Positions 1 to 11,700 of a stretch of DNA of 64,000 bases are shown here, piece after piece. Made by a program: the position numbers and the translations under genes. The stretch comes from Lama glama (Eukaryota). Where the stretch lies: assembly GCA_028534125.1 (NCBI GenBank), contig CM052817.1:96722001-96786000 (forward strand). The letters are read 5' to 3'. Numbering within the stretch: position 1 is the first letter of the stretch; every line of letters starts with the position of its first letter. The notes under the pieces were generated by a model, which was not told the DNA's origin, searched no databases, and saw nothing but the letters and a program-made list of their open reading frames with translations.

Positions 1-467
1 ACGTAGATATAGATACAGACATAGATACACACACAGGAGTCTCCAGGATATACCGGTATCCACTATGATGAAGGAAATATATGAAACGAGGACATCAGTG
101 TGTCCTACGGAGCTTTGTACCCTCAGTGCATCAGGATCAGCCAGAGGAATCCTAGAAGCTAAAAGACTAGGAGACTGTGTGGTTTACAGACACTTTAAAT
201 GCATTGTGGGATATCCATAAAGATGAAATGCCAGGAACGAGTAAGTGATCTTACATATAAATATAATAGTAGGAACTTATTAAGGGTGAGCATCTTAGTT
301 ATTTTTAACCATGGGTCACAGTTGGCTTCTTCGGAAACACATGAATTATATAACCCAGTATCAAAGAAAATACTTGCACTATAAAAAAAAGAAAGAAAAG
401 AAAATACTTGCACTATGAACATGTGAACCAAGGCTTTTCAGCTGACACTATTGAAATCTGGGGACAA

Positions 468-590
468 GGGGAGGGTATAGCTCAGTGGTAGGGCATATGC
501 TTAGCACATGCAAGGTCCTGGGTTCAATCCCCAGTACCTCCGTTAAAACTAACTAAATAAATAAATTACCTCTCCCCCACAAAAAAAAGG
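468..590 (+). mobile_element. tRNA-derived SINE (camelid Vic-1-like)
   Basis: GGGGAGGGTATAGCTCAGTGGTA (A box)...GGTCCTGGGTTCAATCCCCAGTACCTCC (B box), then an AAAT-rich linker, ATTACCTCTCCCCC and an A tail. Confidence 0.9.
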
Positions 591-2200
591 GGGGAGGGAA
601 GAAAAAAAAAAGAAGAAAGAAAGGAGAAAAATGTTTTTTAAAAGATTTTTTTAAAAAGAAGAAATATTTTTAAAAAGACAGCATTTTGCCAGGTTTTATT
701 GAGCACCTACTATACTGTTTTACGAATAGCTCTAAGATAAATGGGAGTCTTTAGTAAGGGATGCAACCTTAAAAATTAACATTTTCTTCGGGGGAGGAAA
801 TAGGATCTCCTTAGAATGATTCACCTTATGATGAATTTTCCAGAAAAACTCTGGTAAGGAAATAAGATTTGCCTATACCTGCCCTATCTTTCTTACAGGA
901 ATGTTACGAGGCTTAAAAAAATGTTGACTATAAATGCAACTTGAAAAAATTAAGTGAATTAAATGCAAATTATTGCCTCCCCCCCCCCCAAAAATCCCAA
1001 TTCCCTAGCCTGGAAATATTCCACCCTCGGCAGCATGATCGCTATACATGTTCACCCTGTAAAATTTTAAAATTTGTAGGACCAAGGACTGTATATATTA
1101 TATTCTTTTCCATTATAAAGCCTCAATAAAGAAAACCAAAAAAAGAATACAATTAAACAAGCATCTGAGGAACCTAGAATACAGAAAACGGACACATTCT
1201 AACCTCTGGAGTGATGAGTTTAAGTGCACTCAGCTGGCTGTCTGGAAAGAGCTCGCAGGTAGGGTGAGTCAGAGGCTGTGATGCAAGAATGAGTGTGTTT
1301 CTGAAAAGGACCTGGGAGGGCACTCTGGGCAGAGTGAGTGGCAAATGCAAAGGCAAGATGTCAGGAGAGGGCGGAACTGGGTAGCACTTGCCTGAGAGTC
1401 GTCAAATAGATGTGCCTGACTAAAGTCAGAGAACACATAGGCCCAAAAATAGGACCGGACCTATAACAAATGATAAATACAGACTAGCAGGATTTCGCTT
1501 TACAATACTGATGCAGGCGTCTTGGTTTCCCGTAGTTCAAGGTAGAAGACAGGGAACATCCTTGCAGGGTTCTGGGATGGGAGAGTAGATGGGCAGTTCT
1601 ATGAATGTAGAGCTGGCTCTGAATAAAGGCAGGAAGAGGCGATGGGCAGAGCCGTTCACATGACCTCTTAAGTTAGTTCCCAACAGTCCCTTATCAAAAA
1701 AAAAAAAAAACAAACAAAAAACAAAAAAACAAAACAAACAAACAAAAAAACCCCCACAACTTTTTAAATGTTCTAAGGAAATATTATCAGCTCCCAGGAA
1801 AAAAAAAAAAAAAAGAGCATCTCCAAGCAGTAAAGCAGGCAAGTGCTCAAAGCAGAGGAGCTTAAAATGTCGTAAAAAAGCAACGGCTAACGTTTAATAT
1901 CCTTGAGATCCTTTTTTTTTTTAGTCTCGCATGGACAGAAATCACAAAACTTTAGCATGACTAAGCCTTACCTGTAGTGACGCACAACAACATGGTTTTA
2001 CTGAAATAGTGACTGATGACACATCACCACATCCTCGAGCCTCACCTATGCCAGCGTTTCCTCATGTTGCTTAACCACAGAAAGCTTTGTGAATTGTAAA
2101 AAGTTGATGAAACACCCACCTAGAAGATATTATGTATGCTTGACCAAAAGGGGAGAGCAGAAAACAAGTCCTTCAGGAACATATCAAAACTGAACTTCAT

Positions 2201-2266
2201 TGTGCTGAACACTGGAATTTGACACAACATTGTAAAATGATTATAAATCAATAAAAAATGTTAAAG
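2201..2266 (+). mobile_element. 66-bp L1 3'-end insertion
   Basis: L1 terminal motif GACACAACATTGTAAA...AATAAA between perfect 15-bp TSDs AAAACTGAACTTCAT (2186-2200, 2267-2281). Confidence 0.8.
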
Positions 2267-2322
2267 AAAACTGAACTTCATATGTTTGAGAATAAATCAA
2301 CATTTAATAAAATCACAAATAG

Positions 2323-2332
2323 ATTCAGTAGG

Positions 2333-2364
<32 letters not shown>

Positions 2365-2412
2365 TATATTCAGTAGGTATATATATATATATATATAATT
2401 ATATATATATAA
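2323..2412. repeat. (TA)n microsatellite complex with duplicated ATTCAGTAGG flank
   Basis: ATTCAGTAGG(TA)n occurs at 2323 and again at 2368. Confidence 0.9.
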
Positions 2413-2748
2413 TTTGTTTTATATTTTAGAGATAATCAAAGATTTAGAAGTGAATGTTATGAGGTCTATAATTGCACTTTAAAATACTTCCACAGAAATA
2501 TAGACCTTTGCAAAGCACGTAAAGAAAACTGAGAACATTTCAACCACTCAGACCCAAAGGATGGTACATGAAACAGCAAGCTGGAATAGAGCTACAGAGT
2601 CTGGAGTGTAGGTGCTCCGTGTCTGCAAAACCATGCTGCCATTTTCAAGACCCAAGTATTCGATGTGCAAATATTAGTTGTTGTTATGGGCTGAATTGTG
2701 TCCCCCTTAAAATTAGATACAGGTATTAAATGTGCAAGTATTAGATGT

Positions 2749-3143
2749 TGTTATGAGCTGATGTGTCCCCCCTGAAATTCATATGCTGAACTCTTAACCC
2801 CCAACAGCTCAGAATGTAACTGTGTTTGGAAATAGGGCCTTTAAAGAGGTAATTAAGACAAAATGAGCTCATATGGTGGACCCTAATCCAATGGGACCAG
2901 GGTCCTCGTAAGAAGAGAGGATTAGGACAGACACCTACTCACACAAGGAAGGGCCATGTGAAGACACGGCAAGCAGGCTGCCATCTGCAAGGCAAGGAGA
3001 GAGGCCTCAGGGGAAACCAAAGCTGCTGACACCTTGACTGCAGACCTGCTCTCTAGCTCCCAGGAGCGTGAGAACTAAATTTCTGTTGTTTCAGCCATCC
3101 TGTCTGTGCTATTTTGTTATGGCAGCCCCAGCAAACGAATTCA
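2749..3143 (+). mobile_element. MaLR solo LTR (MLT1B-like)
   Basis: TG...CA ends, 5-bp TSD GATGT (2744-2748, 3144-3148). Typical MLT1 motifs CCCTAATCCAAT, GCCATCTGCAAG, TTTGTTATGGCAGCCC. Confidence 0.85.
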
Positions 3144-4965
3144 GATGTCCACCCGAATATATTCAAATCAGAAAGCTGTAAACAAATGCCCTTGAGATGC
3201 TGTCTAATCCATCCATCCTCCTTTAGGCAAAGCCACCCGTTAGTCTTCCAGTTGAGGGGTTAAAAAGGGGCACCTGGAATGAAGGCTTCATCCTTGGGAG
3301 ACGACTGAGCTGTTGGCAATGGCTCATTGAGAGAATTCTGAAATCTGAATTCTAAATTCTTTACAGCACAAAACCCATCAACCAGTTTTGGACATCCATT
3401 TCTGAACAGTAATCCTAAAGCCTTGTTTGAAAAATTAAGGTGAAAAAATTCAGAAAAAAAATTTGTTACAGAACATATTCTGCATTAAACATTACTCAGA
3501 TTTAATCAATGAAATACACATGAAATTTAATACACATGAAAAGCCAGATGTCTCAATTATTTCTTTAACTCAGCATTCAGTTAAGGTGGAGGAAAACATC
3601 TTCACATTTTAAAAATGTGAATTAGGAATTAGTAAGAGGCTTTGCTTCCAGTTTTACCTTCCATGCAAGCCTCCTCGTCATTTGTTCACCTCTATATAAA
3701 AATATAAATACAATTGATTCCCAATAAAATTCCTTTTCCAAAAGTTACGGAAAAAAGCCTAATGTAGTCCATGCTAATTGTAGATGGTGTTGATTTTTCT
3801 TCCACATATTACAAAAATAAATTTAGCAAAAAGATTTATACTCACTACTTAGCAATGTTTCTGCATGTTTTTTTGTGCTGTTTCTAATTACCAAGCTATT
3901 TTGAATGTGTGTAAAGCAGAAAAGTTTGCCTAAAGGCTCAGCTTGACAGCCTTAGAACAATATCCCCCTTATTGCCCATCTCCGTGACCCGGTCCCACTC
4001 TTCCTTCCCCCTGACCTCCCTTGACCACCCATTCATTCCCGAAACTCCCTTCTGTCTTTGTGTCACAGACACTGCCCTTCTTCTCCGCTGCTTTCTCGGA
4101 TGCTTCTCTCTCTCTGACAACCTTCTAGCTGATGCTTAGCCCAACTGAATGCTTTGTACAAGGCTCATCCTGCTTGCCCTTTTCTTTTTCACGTTCTGCC
4201 TCCAAATGAAATGCACCCAATTCTTGGCTTCCTTTACTGATTACTACACTCTTTTATTTCAAGCCTGAAGCCCTCATCTGCCCTGAGAGTCAAGCTACTT
4301 AAAAGCTGAATTCCTCTTCTTCCCTATAAGCTCCTCTTCCCCCACCCCCAAACCTAGCTTCCCTTTCCAGACACCCTAATGGATTCACTGTCCATCTTCC
4401 TTACCTGGTCACTTTGCTTACATACTGTCTCTGGCCCCTTTCCTGTGATCACAGCAGAGTTCAGTGGTTGTGACAAGGCTGTAGGATTCACAGAACCAAA
4501 AATATTTACTAGAGACTCTAACAGAAAATGTTTCCCAACCCCATATCTAGCAGATAGCTCTATCCTAACCACTTTAAGCAGCTTGCATATATTTTCCCCC
4601 ATTAGACTGGAGGATTCTTTAAGATAGGGTCATGTTTCTTTTTTTTTTTTTTCCTCTTGTTCCTTTTTAAAATGTCTGTTCCCAGCACAGAACCTGAGAC
4701 ACAGTTTGCTACTCAATAAATATTGATGAGGAGTTCTGAAGTCTCTCCAGGAAATTTTAGTCATTTTTAGACTCTTCCCACTTTATCCCCTAGATTCAAT
4801 CTGCACCCCCCCCCCCAAAAAAATTCTGAGTTGCATTAGAGTGTTTGTCCAAATGTCTGCAATAACTCCTCCTCTCTCTTTCCGTGCCCTTGGCTAGCCT
4901 CCTCCAATACTGGCTGTGGGCTTGACCATGTTACTTGCTTTGGCCAATAGGATAATAGCAAATAT

Positions 4966-5300
4966 GATCAAAGGGAAGACCTCTGTCCCCTATGAAGGTA
5001 CTTAGCCCAAGGGGTAAGAATGCCCTGCCCCTCTGCTGGTTTCCCTGGTAACCAATGAGCCAATCTGTTATCAGTTCCCCCTATAACTGCTAGACTGTCT
5101 GCTCCCCCAAGAGCAAAGACTGCTGCTGCCCTGTTCTGCCCGAGGTCTGCTGTCCACCGGTGGGGTGTCACTCCAGGACCCTTTTGCTTCAGATCTCCCA
5201 TCTATTAAACCACTGATGTCTCTGTCACCAACTCCAGGCTCTTTCTTCGTTCTCAAGGTTAGGCAAGTACAGAGCTTGAAAGCCTGTGGGGTGCAGCACA
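4966..5300 (+). mobile_element. ERV-type LTR (partial or solo), adjacent to an MLT1 fragment at ~4880-4965
   Basis: U3-R-U5-like order: CCAAT (5052, 5060), TATAA (5082), ATTAAA (5204), ending near CA. Family not identified. Confidence 0.55.
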
Positions 5301-5862
5301 GCACACCTCTTTTCATTCAGTCTCCTTCATTCAAGATCAGGCTTTTTGTTCGTTTGTTTGTCTTCTTCTATTACAAGTGCAACCCACAGTTCCCAAGCCC
5401 AATATCTGCCTAAGGAACATGCAAGAGTCAGAGTCACAATGGTGTCACGATGGCTCCCATCTTGGCCTCTCGTTCTCACTAACAAACTCTGGAACCCTCA
5501 GGCCCCTCCCACATTGTTAAAGGGATCCTTGTAACAGGGTTGAATAAACTCTCCTGGGGATGACTGTTCTCCTGGACATCTTAAGGCACCAGATCCCCTT
5601 CTAGCTTTCACACTGTAGCTCCTTGGATGCCACTGGTCACCCTGGCAGCTTCGTCCTACTGCTCTGACACTTTCCGGAAATCACCCATGTTGTCATGTGA
5701 TGGTGTTTATTCTGCTCTACCAGACAAACAAGGAAGGAATAAATGAAAGTGAAGAGCTATCATTTATTGAACTCCTATTATGTGTCAAGATTTGGGTACT
5801 TTTTACTCTTTTTCTTTAACTCATGTCATTTTGTTTCTGCTTCGGTACTTAAAAGTAAATTA

Positions 5863-5935
5863 ATATGACTGAACTATTATGCTGTATACCAGAAACTGAC
5901 ACAACATTGTAAACTGACCATACTTCAATTTTTTA
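5863..5935 (+). mobile_element. short L1 3'-end insertion
   Basis: TGCTGTATACCAGAAACTGACACAACATTGTAAACTGACCATACTTCAAT, flanked by AGTAAATTA repeats (5854-5862, 5939-5947). Confidence 0.8.
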
Positions 5936-5949
5936 AACAGTAAATTATA

Positions 5950-6450
5950 TCTCCCCTAAAAGAATCTCTAAAAGATAAGACTATTCTTCTATATGTCCCC
6001 AAATAATAACATTTAATAAAATTAATTTTACATTTAATAAAATTAATAATTTCTTCATAACATCTAATACCTAAGCCAAAATCTAAATTTTCCCAATTCT
6101 AAAATAAAAAAGGGGACTTCACAGTTGGTTTATCCAAATCAGGATCCAATCCAGGCCAGTGTCATTGACTGTCGTGCTCCTTCAAGTCTCATTTAATCTA
6201 GAAAAACATCCCTTTTTTATTGACTGACTTGTTGAAGCGACAGGGCTAGTTGTCCTGTAAAATGTCATACTTCCCAGATTTGTCTGTTGCTTCCTCATGG
6301 TACTTGTTTAACTTGTGTGTCTGTCTCCTATCTTTCCTGGTAACAAGAATAGCTGAAGTCTTGATTCAAGTTAAACATTTTTGGACAGGTAGAATATGTC
6401 ATCAGAGGACACTAATATCTGCTCGCCCAATCATTAGTGATGCTAAGATG
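5950..6450 (-). mobile_element. ancient L1 (L1MC/L1ME-type) 3' UTR fragment
   Basis: Degenerate motifs TCAGGATCCAA, TTGTCCTGTAAAATGTC and ATTAGTGATGCTAAG, typical of old L1 3' ends. Confidence 0.55.
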
Positions 6451-7699
6451 GACTGGCCTCCAGTGAGGCCACCAGCAGGTTACAAAACACTGGGCTACAT
6501 TATGCCTTACGCACACTGTGATGACACCCTGCAGTCTTGACCGCCAGGTGCAACGTTGTTGCAGTAAGAAAACACTTCAGAATCCTCAGTAACCGATCAA
6601 CAAACTAACATTTTGTAATATTTCCTTTTGAAAACAAACTGCCTATAGTGAATTTTAATTAAAAATGGACCTTCAACTCACAGGGCTTGTTTTTCCTCCT
6701 CCAGGTCAGTGATGTCTGCTGCCAATAGCGAGTCTCAGCCACGATCTGCCCAGTACTGCAGTGACAGGTTCAAGATCTGGTGTATATTTCTCCTCTCACA
6801 ACCAGCTGTCCAGCCTCTCTTTATCTTTGTGGTTCTTCTCTGAAGCTATCGTGTTTTATTGCCCCCAGGGAGCCCTAAAGTGAACACAACATTCCTAGCA
6901 AATACTATGAGACTCAGATCCCTTATTGGGTTCCGGGTTTGAGGAGCTAAGGAATTAGCAGTTGTGAAATGGATTTGCAAATATGAATCAAGAAACCTAA
7001 ATTCGTAAGAATATTTACCACAAGGACACACGGGAAGTTGGCTTTTAAGTGCTATCTTGAGTATTTCTTAATCTTCAGCAATTATTGGTCAGTACGTCAA
7101 TAATGATAATATGACACTGAGAAAATTCGTTGTAACTGCCATCACAGTAATGCTTGACTTAATGAGCTGCTTGAACTAGAAGTCAAGTGTGAGTGAGAAA
7201 GTCTCCCTGAAACCCAGAAGATCTGCAGATTGCATCCAACCTAACTTCTAGGGAAAAGAAATATCCTTTGGAAGTTGAGTTGAAAAACATAGTCAAATAT
7301 ATGAATTATATATGTTCATTAAAAGTACAAAGCAGGGAATATAGAAGTGGGTCAAGTATTTTAAGTCTTGGCTTTGGGGAGAGGAGTATTTATGGGGAGG
7401 CAGTTAATTTCAGTGATAACTGGTTTAAATCCTTTCAAGTCATTTTCCCCAAAGTAAAGTGGAGAAGATGAGGAAATAAATCTGTGACAACTAAGGAAAG
7501 TTCGTGTTGCTCTCACCTAGAATGAGGCAATCCCAATGTCTTACAAAGTCAGATTTATGCTGGTGATCCACATAAACATATTTATGTATATCTGAAGGTC
7601 TTTCTCAGAAGAGACGGTAAACGTATTTTATGAATTTATAGGACAGATCAGCAGGTAATCATATAAGGAGGCAGATTTCATCTTAATGTCAGGAAGAAT

Positions 7700-8415
7700 T
7701 TTTTTATTATGGTAAAATATACATAAAATAAATTGATCATTTTAACCATTTTTAAGTATATGGTTGTGATATTAAGCACATTTATGTTGTGCAACCATCA
7801 CCAACATCCATCTCTAGAACATTTCATCACCCCAAATTGAAAATCTGAAACACATTAAACAATAAATCCTCATTCCTCCATCCCCTGAGTCCCTGATAAC
7901 CACAATTCTACTTCCTGTTCCTATGATACTACTATTCTAACTACTTCATCTAAGTGGACTCATACACTATCTGTCCTTTTGCATCACACATATCACTTAG
8001 CCTAACGTCTTCAAGTTTGATCTATGTTGTAGCATGTATCAGAATTTCATTTTTTACAGCTGAAGACTATTTCATTTCATGTATATACACCACATTTTAT
8101 TCATCCATTTATCCATACATGGACTTTTGAGTTGTTTCTATCTTTTGGCTACTGTAAATAATGCTGCTGTGAATATGGGTGGATGAATATCTGTTTAAGT
8201 CCCTGTTTTCAATTATTTGGGCTGTATACCCAGAAGCAGAATTACTGGATCATACAGGAATATTAAGTTTAATTTTTTGAAGAACTATCATACTCTTCCA
8301 CAGCTGCTGCACTATTTTACATTCTCACTAGCAATGCACATGGGTTCCAGTTTCTCCAGATCTTTGCCAACATATGTTGCTTTCTGCTTTTTGATAATAG
8401 CCATCCTAATGAATG
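7700..8415 (-). mobile_element. old L1 (L1MB-type) 3' end plus ORF2 C-terminus
   Basis: The minus strand encodes a degenerate ORF2 C-terminus (IRMAIIKK...GKDLEKLEP) followed by L1 3' UTR. Confidence 0.85.
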
Positions 8416-8869
8416 TAAAGAAAGAACTCTGAATAATTAGACCTGCACCACAGTATGAGTAGGATGAGCTGTCCCAGCACGTAGGGGCTGATGGATGTAT
8501 TCTACCAAAGACTGAATAGACTGACATGTTCAGTTGTGCAGGTTGTATACTGTCCAACTGTGTCTGGTCACAGGGTGAATATGGGCTAAAATCCAGCCAT
8601 GTTTCCCATGCCAAGGTTTGAAACTTGGTGGAGAACTTTTTCTTCCCTGAGAACAATGTCAGCTTGCCAAGCCATGTGCCTGAAAGGGCACCTTTTTAAA
8701 ATGCAAACTAAGGCACTTATAAAAGCTATTAATTATTCTGGCTAACTGACTCTTCATCATGGGGTAACTGTAGATGGAACAGATGAATGCACAGGGTAAT
8801 ACCTAGTCCTGTTGAACTAGATGACTATTAATGTCCCTTTCAATGGCGGTATTCTGTATCTCTTTGATG

Positions 8870-9310
8870 GTGTTACAGCATGCCCCTCAAGTCCTTCGAC
8901 ATGCCTTGCACTGATGGGCAAAGTCTATATTCCCTCACCTTGAACCCAGAATCTGTGACTGCTTTACTAATTCTGCAGAAGTGAGACTGTATCAGTTCTT
9001 AGGCCCAGACTTTAAGAAACTGGCAGCTACCCCTTCCTGTCTCTTGGGACACTCCTCCTTGGAACCCAGCCACCATGCTGTGAGGAAACATAAGCCACTT
9101 TGCAGGGAAACACACATGGAGAACAACCAACACTCATTAGCAAGAAAGCGAACTATCTCAGAAGTGAAGCCTCAGCCCCAGCAAAGATGAGCTGTCCCAG
9201 CCAAGCCCCGCCCAAATTGCAGATTGATGAGTAAGGTACATGAATGTGGTTGTATTAAACCACTACCATTTTAGGGTGATTTTCTTTAGCTGCAGTTGAT
9301 AATCAGAACA
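8870..9310 (+). mobile_element. MaLR LTR (MLT1F/H-like)
   Basis: Motifs GGAACCCAGCCACCATGCTGTGAGGAA, CCAAATTGCAGATT and TTAAACCACTA. Confidence 0.7.
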
Positions 9311-9507
9311 GTTTGTAATAGAACATGACCGCTGCTCCAAACTCACATTTTCACAATGTGCCTCATATCAGCAGTGCTCCGAAGGACTCCCAGGCAGGCC
9401 TGCTCTGTGGAGCCCCTGAGTTCTCTTTTTTCTATAGAATGTTTTATTTTGATTCTTTACTTGATATTGACCATTTACTCAGATTATTAAATATTCTCTC
9501 ATGTTGT

Positions 9508-10213
9508 AATTTTTATCGAGGTACATATAGTTGATTTATAATATTATATAAGTTATAAGTGTACAACATAGTGATTCACAATTTTTAAAGATTATACTCC
9601 ACTTATAGTTATTATAAAATATTGGCTATATTACCTGTGTGGTATAATACATCCTTGTAGCTTATTTATTTTATACATAGTAGTTTGTATATCTTAATCT
9701 CCTACCGCTATCTTGGCCCTCCCTCCTTCCCTCACCCCACTGGTAACCACTAGTTTGTTCTTTATATCTGTGAGTCTGTTTCTCTTTGGTTATATTCACT
9801 AGTTTGTTTTATTTTTTAGATTCCACATGTAAGTGATAACACACAGTACTTGTCTTTCTTTATATGACTTATTTAACTCAGTGTAATACCCTCCAAGTCC
9901 ATTCATGTTGCAAATGGCAAAATTTCATTCTTTTTTCATGGCTGAGTAGTATACCATTTATATATATTCATTCATCTGTTTATGGACATTTAGGTTGCTT
10001 CCACGTCTTGACTATTATAAATAATGCTGCTATGAATACTGGGGTGTATGTATCCTTTCAAATTTCATTTTCTTCGGATATATATCTAAGAATGAAATTG
10101 CTGGAACGTAGGGTAGTTCTATTGGTGATGTTTTAAAAGAAACTCCATACTGTTTTCCACAGTGGCCACACCAACTTGTTTTCCCACCAACAGTGTACTA
10201 GGATTTCCTTTTC
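9508..10213 (-). mobile_element. 5'-truncated L1 (3' UTR plus ORF2 end)
   Basis: Canonical antisense L1 text (GTTGCAAATGGCAAAATTTC, GGACATTTAGGTTGCTTCCA, CTCCATACTGTTTTCCAC). Confidence 0.9.
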
Positions 10214-10789
10214 AAGGAGCCCCCGATTTTTTTTCTCAAATATCACAGGCAATGGCCTTTATCCCTCATCTCCTCTCCCATGGCCCCATTTAGGATAGAA
10301 ATCTCTATCATATAAAGGCCTTGAGGCCCATCTTCTGCAGCATCTGCACTCTCCCTGTTTGGATTTCTTGAGGAATCATAACGTTTCTAGAAGCCACACG
10401 CTGGACCCTTCCACAGACTCTCCAGGGGCTCCTGCTTTGCCCCGGGCCAGTAGTATGTAGCCTTGGGGTGCTGGCTTCAAGGGACAAGATAGAAGCAAAA
10501 CGTCCTTAATTCAGTAAACTGCTGTCCACCTTGGCTCTTTAACTTGCTATAAGGTTAAGAGGGAGTGCAGAAGCCAAGCAAAGAGGCAGGGAACGCAGAG
10601 AAACCAAGATTGGCCCCTGGCTCTGTCTGCAGTCGCTCCGTCGAATTTGCCCTCACTTACTGAGAAGGAAAGGGTTCCTCTCCAAGGCCTCCCTAAGTTT
10701 TGAGTTTCCTCGGTTAAATCATCCACATCCCTCCATTACCGCCTTCTCACCACCACCTTCGCTTCAGGAAGGAAACAGTTAAAAAGACT

Positions 10790-11700
10790 CCAGCCCTTCA
10801 GGGCCGGGGAGGGGGCGGCAGCCTGGTACTTTATAGTGGCTGCAGCCCAGAAGGGCTGGAAGGTTGGAACATTCTTGCCGCCCTAGAGTGGAGTAGGTCT
10901 GAGCTTTTGGAGGAGACGGGGAGGACAGACGGGAGGCGTGCTCCTCTGGAGTTTTCTTTTTCTTGCGAGCACTCGCGCGTGCGGGCGCGCAGTCCTCCCT
11001 TTGGTCTGGCGATTGCGGACCGGAGGTGGAGAGGCTCCATCCCACCCGGTGCCCGGAGGCTGGCGGCTCCGGGAGGACCTCCCCAGAGCAGCCGTGCCCA
11101 GGAAGTTTTCCGAAGCGGAGGCAGCGGTGCAGCCGGGGGCCGCCGCCGCGCCGGAGCCGGGACCCTCGCCACCCACCCCCGCCAGCTCGGCTTCCTCTCG
11201 CCCGGGCGCCGCGCGCGGACCACCGAGCAGCCGTCTGCGCCCGCCGGGCTCCACGGTCGGTGCGACTCTTTCTTTCCGGGGACCCAAGCGGGGTGGGGGA
11301 GACGCCGGCGGGCCCCTGGGTCGGGAGGAGACGCGAGCTCCGTGGCGCCCGGCACCTCCTCCACCAGGGCTGGCACCACCTGCCCAAGGGCGCGTGGAGG
11401 CGAGGGCGCCTTCCTCGGCGGGGCGCCCTCTGGGAACGTTTGGGGTTTGGGGATCTGACTGAAAGTCCCTCAGTTTCCCGAGGCGGGCGTCGGATCTGCA
11501 GTCAAAGGAAAACCCACAGTTCTCCCTGGGTCTCCCTCCTCGGGCGTACGAGAACTTTGTGGAGCATCACGCCCTTGTCGCTGGCTCCGAAGCCCACTTG
11601 TGGGCTTTGCCCCGCAGCCTTTTCTGACCCGCCTGCTTCTCCTCCCCGCACACCCGGGGCATGCCGAGGGTAGCCAGGCGCACTGGGTGTAAGGGACTCC
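10790..11700. promoter_or_regulatory. EDNRA: CpG island / EDNRA promoter
   Basis: Sharp rise in GC and CpG density against an AT-rich background. GC box GGGGGCGG at 10811-10818 and TATA-like TTTATAG at 10830-10836 lie just upstream of the exon 1 sequence. Confidence 0.9.
10870..11255 (+). other. EDNRA: EDNRA exon 1 (non-coding 5' UTR)
   Basis: Sequence (GGAGGAGACGGGGAGGACAGAC...GCCGCCGCCGCGCCGGAGCC...CTCCACG) resembles the human EDNRA 5' UTR as recalled. It ends at donor ACG|GTCGGT (GT at 11256-11257) and contains no ATG. The TSS is approximate. Confidence 0.8.

Noticed and set aside
468..541. tRNA gene (and nine similar copies)
   Set aside because: A and B boxes are present, but the copies are mutually diverged and carry A-rich tails and mostly TSDs. 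They are tRNA-derived SINEs, not tRNA genes.
6009..6047. 18-bp direct repeat ACATTTAATAAAATTAAT with period 21
   Set aside because: AT-rich slippage duplication inside an old L1 remnant, with no functional indication.
10779..11673. Six overlapping 134-236 aa ORFs on both strands
   Set aside because: They coincide with the CpG island, where stop codons are rare. The products are low-complexity Arg/Pro/Gly/Ala sequences, and several cross the exon 1 donor.
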